Assembly: GCF_000092105.1 (NCBI RefSeq)
Contig: NC_014148.1
Location: 2,400,001 to 2,432,000, forward strand
Length of the DNA: 32,000 bases
From: Planctopirus limnophila DSM 3776
GTDB lineage: Bacteria > Planctomycetota > Planctomycetia > Planctomycetales > Planctomycetaceae
Direction: 5' to 3'
Shown here in pieces: positions 25,774 through 32,000 of this stretch. The translations under genes were made by a program, and so were the position numbers. The notes beneath the pieces are model-generated. The model ran no database searches, was not told where the DNA came from, and worked only from the letters and a program-made list of their open reading frames with translations. Every line of letters begins with the position of its first letter. Position 1 is the first letter of the stretch.

Positions 25774-26697
25774 TTAATTACGGTCGTAAAGTTCATTCTG
25801 CAGAAGAGGATCACTCAGATTTCCGTTACTGACATGACCAAGCCTTTTCTCTTCGATCAATCCGGCCTGGGCAGGGGTCATGTAGTTGGAGCCAGGGACT
25901 TCAATACGGAAGTTTCTAGGTCTGGTTTCCACGTGCCCGTCGAGAAAGGCCACATTGGCTGTATCCGAGTGCCGGAAATGAACTGAGGGATAGTTAGCAC
26001 TGGGAGGTTCCAGACGCCAGTTTTCCAGCAATTTCAGAGTGAAATCCACTTGTGCGCTGTCTGAGAAAAGAATCGTATTCGTCATCTGGGCAACATCGCG
26101 GAAGCGATACGTGACGGGAGTCGAAGAGACTGCAGGTGGCCAGCCGGCATAGCTTAATCCGGGCGAAACCAGCGCGTTGAGCGCATAGCCTGAGGCCATC
26201 TGTCCAAAGCGAATACCGTCGACCTGACCTGGCCCGAAATCAGGGCATTGATAGGCAGCACGATTAGTTTCCATATAGGGGGCCAGCGGCCCTTTCTGAA
26301 AATCGAGCTGGCGGGAAGGATCGGTCTCATCACGATTGACCTCACCAAACCAATAGATATTCCTGCCACGATTCGGAGGAGTATATCCAGCCATTACATA
26401 CTGCTGCTGTCGCACATCATCAATCACATAAGGGACGATATGACCGTTGTGGACATCGGCATAATTATGAACGGCAAGTGCCAGTTGCTTGAGATTGTTT
26501 CGGCACTGGGTTGTCCGGGCGGCTGCTCGGGCCTGTTGCACGGCCGGAAGTAAAAGCCCGATCAAGACCGCGATGATGGCAATGACCACCAGAAGTTCGA
26601 TGAGGGTAAAACCTCGTGTTGAACGGCGCAGAGGGGGCCTGTTGCCGCTGCGTGATGCGGCCGGGAGAGAGAACATCATTGTCAAAACCTTAACCAC
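25774..26697 (-). CDS. Prepilin-type N-terminal cleavage/methylation protein of the DUF1559 / H-X9-DG family (pseudopilin-like)
   Basis: The class III signal is [34 protein letters not shown]. The C-terminal H-X9-DG motif is [13 protein letters not shown]. The likely real start is the ATG at 26679, with AAGG 9 nt upstream, rather than the GTG at 26697. Confidence 0.9.
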   Translation of the reverse strand: MVKVLTMMFSLPAASRSGNRPPLRRSTRGFTLIELLVVIAIIAVLIGLLLPAVQQARAAARTTQCRNNLKQLALAVHNYADVHNGHIVPYVIDDVRQQQYVMAGYTPPNRGRNIYWFGEVNRDETDPSRQLDFQKGPLAPYMETNRAAYQCPDFGPGQVDGIRFGQMASGYALNALVSPGLSYAGWPPAVSSTPVTYRFRDVAQMTNTILFSDSAQVDFTLKLLENWRLEPPSANYPSVHFRHSDTANVAFLDGHVETRPRNFRIEVPGSNYMTPAQAGLIEEKRLGHVSNGNLSDPLLQNELYDRN

Positions 26698-26854
26698 GAA
26701 GGTTCAATTGCCTGCGCATAGAGTCACATCAAGGCAGACTGAATCTGCTATCAATCTTAGTTTGAGGCCCAACCTCATGACGGTTGGTATCCCTTGCTCA
26801 GATCAATAAGACGACTCAGACCGCCAGATCTGTGATCACTCACCTGCTGGCAAC

Positions 26855-27015
26855 AAAATGACATCTGGGCAGGTCTTCTGACTCCCGGATCATTCGACCA
26901 ATCACACCTTCCCACGCTTTACAGCGCAGTGGCTCAACGTGAATGTCGTCCCCGGATACAGCGGCGGGACCGTGACGGATTCGCACCGTCTTCCCTATTC
27001 TCCAGTGAAGCCACA
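26855..27015 (-). ncRNA. Cobalamin (B12) riboswitch
   Basis: The minus strand reads ..GAAUAGGGAAGACGGUGCGAAUCCGUCACGGUCCCGCCGCUGUAUCCGGGG..(26995-26958).. then GAGCCACUGCGCUGUAAAGCGUGGGAAGG, then GAUCCGGGAGUCAGAAGACCUGCCC (B12 box at 26883-26867). All conserved blocks of the cobalamin riboswitch as I recall them are present in the right order. The element lies about 180 nt upstream of the DUF1559 gene start. The outer boundaries are approximate. Confidence 0.85.
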
Positions 27016-27253
27016 AGCCTCACCAGCACCCATGTCGGGAGGGAGAGTACCACGCCGCAAATCATTTTCAAGCCCCAGTGAGATCGATTCGCTCGAACCC
27101 ATTTTCCAATACGCTCGTAACCTGCATCCATGCCAAGAGATAGGTTTAAAGAATCGTGGCGGCCTCTTCGGCAAGGTTCCGCAACTGTAAAGGGTTGTCA
27201 CTCAAGGAACGATTCATGCATCACGATCGCATCACAAGATCCCGGGGAAAGCA

Positions 27254-28222
27254 TCAAGCGGGCCGATGTGTCGCTGCTGCACGCGAAAGTCTGTCGTTGA
27301 TGGCCATGCCCAGCCCATGTTCCGGGAATCGTAATGCCGCAATTCGAGGGACACCTGATCGATCCAGTTGATGCAAAGCCTGGAAGAGCAGGCTGGCGGC
27401 TTCCTGAAGGTTCTTTCGAGGAGAAAGCTCCATGACGGGCCCCAGATGCCCCTGGGGTCGACCACAAAAGGTTAACACACCATCTCCGGGTTTGAGTTCT
27501 TCAAATCGATCAATCATCACCAGTGGTGTTGCAGGTGCGTAATGTTTCATGAGCATTCCGGGAGCTGCCTGACTCGCTGCTGTTTCTACAGATTGAGCAG
27601 GCAATCTCTTCAGCGGCCCGATCATGTGCTCGACCTGTTCCACAGGCAAGCCCCCAGGTCTGAGCAGGTAAACACCATCCGGCATGAAACCAATAATGGT
27701 CGATTCCACACCCACTTCGCATGCCCCGCCATCCAGGACATAAGGAATACGTCCCTCAAGTTGTTCCACCACATGCTGGGCACTGGTGGGGCTTAATCGC
27801 CCGAACAAATTCGCACTCGGGGCAGCCAGAGGCACGCCAACTTTCTCAATGATTTTTCGCATCAGCGGATGCTTCGGACATCGAACGGCGACCGTCCCCA
27901 GGCCAGCCGTCGCCAGATCCGGAACATGCGGCTTTTTGGGAAGCACGAGCGTTAGAGGGCCGGGCCAGAAGGTATCGACGAGCCGCCGGGCATCATGCGG
28001 TACTTCGCTGGCCAGTTGAGAGACTTGACCAGGCCTTGCGATGTGCAAAATCAAAGGGTCAAACGTGGGTCGATCCTTGGCAGAGAAAATCTTGGCCAGC
28101 ACCTCTGGATTCAAACCCAGCCCGGCAAGCCCGTAAACCGTCTCCGTCGGGAGTGCTACCAACTCACCAGCCTTCAAGGCGCGAATGGCTTCTTCAGCAT
28201 CTGATAATACGACGGTCTGCAT
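27254..28222 (-). CDS. tsaC: L-threonylcarbamoyladenylate synthase (Sua5/YrdC family, long form with Sua5 C-terminal domain)
   Basis: The motif KAGELVALPTETVYGLAG is followed by KDRP, HPL and SAN blocks and then a Sua5-type C-terminal domain. The ORF is open to a GTG at 28303. The ATG at 28222 (MQTVVLSDAEEAIRAL) gives the canonical N-terminus. Confidence 0.9.
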   Translation of the reverse strand: MQTVVLSDAEEAIRALKAGELVALPTETVYGLAGLGLNPEVLAKIFSAKDRPTFDPLILHIARPGQVSQLASEVPHDARRLVDTFWPGPLTLVLPKKPHVPDLATAGLGTVAVRCPKHPLMRKIIEKVGVPLAAPSANLFGRLSPTSAQHVVEQLEGRIPYVLDGGACEVGVESTIIGFMPDGVYLLRPGGLPVEQVEHMIGPLKRLPAQSVETAASQAAPGMLMKHYAPATPLVMIDRFEELKPGDGVLTFCGRPQGHLGPVMELSPRKNLQEAASLLFQALHQLDRSGVPRIAALRFPEHGLGMAINDRLSRAAATHRPA

Positions 28223-28458
28223 CCACAGGGCTCCAGCGAAAATGAATTCTTCGCTGAATTGCAGCAGCCCAGCCTCATTCCCGCAAGTCTGGAAAGGTAT
28301 CACCCTTGATCAACAAAAACTTGCTGCTAGGCCAAAAACCGGACAGCCAAATCGTGTTTTGCAGAGAATGATCTGCAACTAAAGAGGCATGCGGGAGACC
28401 ATGTCCCCTGGTCATCTACAGCATCACTCACAGAGTGGAAATCATGCCCCACCAGAGT

Positions 28459-29466
28459 TCAGGGCTGTACCTGCTGATTCATCCACTGTTCACGCTGCGC
28501 ATCGGTCAGGTTCGAGGGTGGCGCCATCGATTCCGATCGATAGACGGCACTCTCAGCTTTGAAATCACCCGTCACGCGATTGGCATCTTCTGGCTTCACT
28601 AAGCCTGAAACCTGTCGTACGCCACTTTCCGGGTTTTCCATTCGAGCCAGTGCGTCGGCAGAGATCTGTCCACGAGCCTCACGATACTGTGCGAGAATCG
28701 TTCCAGCCGGTTTCAATTCGGGATTGAACTGCAAAGCCTTGGCAAAGTAACGCTCTGCGGCACCACGTTCGCCTTTCTCGTGAAGAATATAGCCCACATT
28801 GTAGTGCGCGATCGCAGCCCCTTGAACACGGGTCAGTTCAGCCAGACCCGCTTCATAATCCCCACTTTTGGCCAGAGCCGTACCTAACTGAAACCGGTGG
28901 TTCGTCTCTTCCGGTGCCAGTTTCACCGCTGCTCGATACTCTTCGATGGCGAGTGCCCACTCACCCCTGGATTCGAACAGTTGCCCGCGAGTGGCACGCA
29001 CCTGTGCATTCTGTGGAGCTTGCTTGGCCGCTTTCGCAATCAAGGTCTCAGCATCCGCATGGCGACCGCCGAGAATGTCTAACCTTGCCAGCCCGAGCAG
29101 GGCATCCACTGACTTGGGATTTTTTTCGATGGCTTCGTCATAGGAGGCCCGCGCCTCCTTGCTGTTGCCAGATCGCTCATTCCACTGCCCGTAAGCCACA
29201 TGCATGCGCACGGGATCGCGCAGCTTCACAGGATCGTTGTCGGTTGAACGTGATGTCGTCGGCCAGATGCTGGAAGCAGCCTGTCCGGGAGTCGTTGTAC
29301 AGCCATTTCCAAGAAACGCAGCAGAAAGACTGGCCATCACCAGGAAGCATACAGTTCTGGCAGAAGCTGTGTGATCTCTTTGCTGACTTTTGAGGAGAAC
29401 ACGACACCCTTTTGCAGTCTCGGCATCAGGATTTGACATGTCGGATTCTCTCCTTAAAACCCGCAT
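28459..29466 (-). CDS. TPR-repeat protein, probable lipoprotein
   Basis: The hydrophobic leader ends in AAFLGNGC. At least five TPR-like A..Y..A...P units are present (YDEAIEKNPKS, LIAKAAKQAPQN, EYRAAVKLAPEE, YFAKALQFNPE). Confidence 0.8.
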   Translation of the reverse strand: MRVLRRESDMSNPDAETAKGCRVLLKSQQRDHTASARTVCFLVMASLSAAFLGNGCTTTPGQAASSIWPTTSRSTDNDPVKLRDPVRMHVAYGQWNERSGNSKEARASYDEAIEKNPKSVDALLGLARLDILGGRHADAETLIAKAAKQAPQNAQVRATRGQLFESRGEWALAIEEYRAAVKLAPEETNHRFQLGTALAKSGDYEAGLAELTRVQGAAIAHYNVGYILHEKGERGAAERYFAKALQFNPELKPAGTILAQYREARGQISADALARMENPESGVRQVSGLVKPEDANRVTGDFKAESAVYRSESMAPPSNLTDAQREQWMNQQVQP

Positions 29467-29561
29467 ACTGACGGCTCTGAAATCGCTCGCCAGTTCGTGT
29501 TCTCACTGGTCATTCCTGGGTACAAAAGTGGCCGCAGAAAATGCCAGAATTTCAACTCTTA

Positions 29562-31121
29562 TCAACCCGTGTAGAAGAAACGCGCTGCCGCATCGGCGAT
29601 CAGTTTCTGGGAGACTTCTACAGCGATATTTCTGAATCGACAGATCGCCACCACAATCTCCAGCAAATCTCGCGGATCGCTCGATCTAGGTAATCTGCCA
29701 CGGTCGTAGTGATTGCTATAAAGATACTCAACTGCCTCTTCCCGAAAGATGATTTGCCTTTGTTCACAGGCCATTTTGAAAATTTCTGTGAACAGCGGAC
29801 GGGAAGGAGCCTCAATTTTTATCTTGTGTCGGATACGCCTTAAAAAGGCATCATCAACCAGATCTCCGGGATCGAGATTCGTAGAAAAAATCGTCAACTG
29901 CTCAAAGGGGACTGAGAACTTGCGGCCAGTTGCCAGCGTGAGGTAATCGATGCGTTCTTCCAGTGGCAGAATCCACCGGTTGAGGAGATCCCTCGGGCTG
30001 ACCAGTTGCCGGCCGAAGTCATCGATCAGAAACACCCCGCCATTTGCCTTGATGTGTAGAGGTGCTGCATAGAACTGCGAAACTTTGCTGTATTGCAGTT
30101 CGAGCATATCCAGCGTCAGTTCACCGCCTGTGATGACCACTGGACGTCGGATTCGGCGCCACCGCGGGTCAGCCACACCATTCCCAACGACCAAAGATCC
30201 ACTGGAGGTGTTGTATCCTGCTGAAGTGGTCTGGGCGGGATTTCCTGTCGTGGGTTGTTCCGCATCGTCTGTCGTTTTGTGCAGGATGGGATCAAAGACC
30301 GTGATAATGCTGTTTTCAGTCTGAATTGCATAAGGGACATAGATCTCGCCGCAATACAGATTGAGATAGCGCCCCAATCCTTTGGCGATCATGGTCTTCC
30401 CATTACCGGGCGGGCCATAGACAAAGATCGAGCGGCCACTGCAGACTGCCGGGCCAATTTCGTCAAGCAACCCTGGCTTCAGAACCATCCCCTGAAAGGC
30501 CTGCATGATCGTTTGCGGATTGCAGTACACACCTGATACCGCTTGGCGCCGGCACTGCTCCACATACTGTTCCAACGTGACTGGGGCAGGGCCCGCATAG
30601 CGGCAACTCTCAAAGCATTCCCGAGCACGCACGCGCCCCATATCCGTCAAACTGAACCGATAAGAAACTCGCCCCAGAAGATCGCCTTGAGAAACCTCAA
30701 CACACCGCTGATCTTTAAGAAACCGCAGAGCTTCATCGAGAATCGGAAAGGGGAGCCTTAATTGCCGGGCGATATCTGCCCCAAACATGTTTCCATGAAC
30801 ATAGAGTTCTTTGAGGACGAACTCTGCCATCGCCCCCAGCCCCAGGCCAGTTTCTTTCAGATTGGTCGGCACACGTGGTGCCGGCACCAAGACGGCAGGA
30901 TTCTGACTCCGCTGTCGCCCGGCTGATGGCAAGGGCATGCCTTCTGACTCTTCAAGTTCATCATCGTTCACGATGAACTGGGCAGCGGTTGCTGTTCGAA
31001 CAACTGGTCGAGAGGGAACCCCGAACAGATCTTTGATGGCATCGTCTTTGGAATGATGCGCCTCGATCCTGGAGGGAGGCAAGCTTCCGGGGGAGCGCTG
31101 CGATCCTGTGCTATCGCTCAT
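29562..31121 (-). CDS. AAA+ ATPase with an N-terminal winged-helix-like domain
   Basis: Walker A is VYGPPGNGKT and Walker B is GVFLIDDFG, with an Arg-finger-like DDAFLRRIRHKI. These are preceded by a wHTH-like segment (ADIARQLRLPFPILDEALRFLKDQRCVEV) and a disordered N-terminus. Confidence 0.8.
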   Translation of the reverse strand: MSDSTGSQRSPGSLPPSRIEAHHSKDDAIKDLFGVPSRPVVRTATAAQFIVNDDELEESEGMPLPSAGRQRSQNPAVLVPAPRVPTNLKETGLGLGAMAEFVLKELYVHGNMFGADIARQLRLPFPILDEALRFLKDQRCVEVSQGDLLGRVSYRFSLTDMGRVRARECFESCRYAGPAPVTLEQYVEQCRRQAVSGVYCNPQTIMQAFQGMVLKPGLLDEIGPAVCSGRSIFVYGPPGNGKTMIAKGLGRYLNLYCGEIYVPYAIQTENSIITVFDPILHKTTDDAEQPTTGNPAQTTSAGYNTSSGSLVVGNGVADPRWRRIRRPVVITGGELTLDMLELQYSKVSQFYAAPLHIKANGGVFLIDDFGRQLVSPRDLLNRWILPLEERIDYLTLATGRKFSVPFEQLTIFSTNLDPGDLVDDAFLRRIRHKIKIEAPSRPLFTEIFKMACEQRQIIFREEAVEYLYSNHYDRGRLPRSSDPRDLLEIVVAICRFRNIAVEVSQKLIADAAARFFYTG

Positions 31122-31208
31122 TGAAACCCCCTCAAGCCTCTCTACAGATCAACAGACCTTCAACTCGACAGTATCCACCTGTTTCTGCCAGAAGATTGAC
31201 GCCTGGAC

Positions 31209-31958
31209 TTATGGAGCGATGGCAGGAGATCCCATATTGCCCGTGGAGGTCGCAGCTCCAGAAGATGGCATTCCTGAGGATGTCCCCACGGTCATCTGCA
31301 GCCTCGGAGTGGGCATACTCTGAAGTTCGAGATTCCTCAACCGATCAATTTCCCGGGCCGGCCGACCTGTGGGATAGTCAATACGCTCTTGAATTAAACT
31401 CATGGCACTGGGGTCAATCGTCCCCACAGCCGCCTGCAGCTGTGTCATCCGTGCCTGATCAACTTCTGGTACACCCGACTTAGCCATGTAGAGCATGCGA
31501 TATTCAGGAGGTGCCGATGTCAGTACCCAATGCACCTGTCTCAGCCCCGAAGAGGTGAGCATATTGGTGTCGGAATCGAAGTGATACTCATGAATTGTCG
31601 TGGCATCGGCCCAGCCATTATTGGCCTGAATCGCAAACATATCCCGCACTGAAGCTTCATCTTCGCAGCGATAAGGATGTGGCCAGTAATGTGCGTGATG
31701 GTATTTATGCACAAACGTCTGACCGCGACCTACCGGACGAGGATAGGGGGGCCACTCTTTTCCATCCTTATAAACCTGACGTGTTCCCGGAGGATCAGTG
31801 GCACGATCAGCCCACCATTCCTTCGACCAGAACCTTGGGCCATCACCGGCAAGTGCTGTGGTTCTGGCTTCAACCAGGAGCACGAGTACCGACAACCAGA
31901 GTATGACAGACCTGTTCATTGAGACGCCTTCCCTGGGCTCACTGACAGTTGAATCCAT
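31209..31958 (-). CDS. Secreted hypothetical protein (His/Trp/Tyr-rich core)
   Basis: The signal peptide is MNRSVILWLSVLVLLVEARTTALA. The start is probably the ATG at 31919, with GGAAGG upstream. The motif HKYHHAHYWPHPY is present and the tail is Ser/Gly/Thr-rich. I recognise no domain. Confidence 0.6.
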   Translation of the reverse strand: MDSTVSEPREGVSMNRSVILWLSVLVLLVEARTTALAGDGPRFWSKEWWADRATDPPGTRQVYKDGKEWPPYPRPVGRGQTFVHKYHHAHYWPHPYRCEDEASVRDMFAIQANNGWADATTIHEYHFDSDTNMLTSSGLRQVHWVLTSAPPEYRMLYMAKSGVPEVDQARMTQLQAAVGTIDPSAMSLIQERIDYPTGRPAREIDRLRNLELQSMPTPRLQMTVGTSSGMPSSGAATSTGNMGSPAIAP

Positions 31959-32000
31959 TCCAGAACGCCATCAATCCGGTACTCAATCCAGCGCACTGAA

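Noticed and set aside
1-32000. A search for CRISPR arrays, IS elements or transposases, integrases, reverse transcriptases, toxin-antitoxin pairs and known phage-defence genes.
   Set aside because: By eye I found no regularly spaced direct repeats, no terminal inverted repeats flanking any ORF, and no ORF with DDE, tyrosine- or serine-recombinase, RT or nuclease-toxin motifs. A computational repeat search could still find short or degenerate repeats that I missed.

Overview
The window looks like a chromosomal segment from a planctomycete-like bacterium. This placement is an inference from gene content: an H-X9-DG/DUF1559 prepilin-like protein, an FHA-GAF sigma-54 activator, a PQQ-like beta-propeller with the ENWPxFRG N-terminus, MJ0042-type zinc ribbons and an AroD-AroE fusion. 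Coding density is high, and I support about 24 protein genes. The housekeeping genes are mutL, the fused aroD-aroE, aroK, a prepilin peptidase and Sua5/TsaC. The signalling genes are an HD-GYP phosphodiesterase and an FHA-GAF-AAA+ sigma-54 enhancer-binding protein. There are two unrelated AAA+ ATPases and several hypothetical secreted proteins or lipoproteins. I saw no rRNA, tRNA, CRISPR array, transposase or integrase.

The most interesting signal is an unannotated cobalamin riboswitch on the minus strand at about 26855-27015, with all conserved blocks including the B12 box. It lies in the leader of the DUF1559/H-X9-DG pseudopilin-like gene. Downstream on the same strand are a small lipoprotein, a Dph6-like PP-loop ATPase and a signal-less BtuF/TroA-like binding protein. 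This may be a B12-responsive, pseudopilin-based acquisition module, which as far as I know is undescribed.

Second is a near-consensus sigma-54 -24/-12 promoter at 20895-20910, upstream of a triple zinc-ribbon protein and about 2 kb from the sigma-54 activator. Other points of interest:
- A 920-bp gene-free region with two perfect palindromes lies next to a monocistronic small acidic protein gene.
- A Ycf46-like AAA+, FemAB/CelD-like GNAT and JmjC-cupin gene trio looks like an operon.

All family assignments come from motif recognition by eye. No searches were run.
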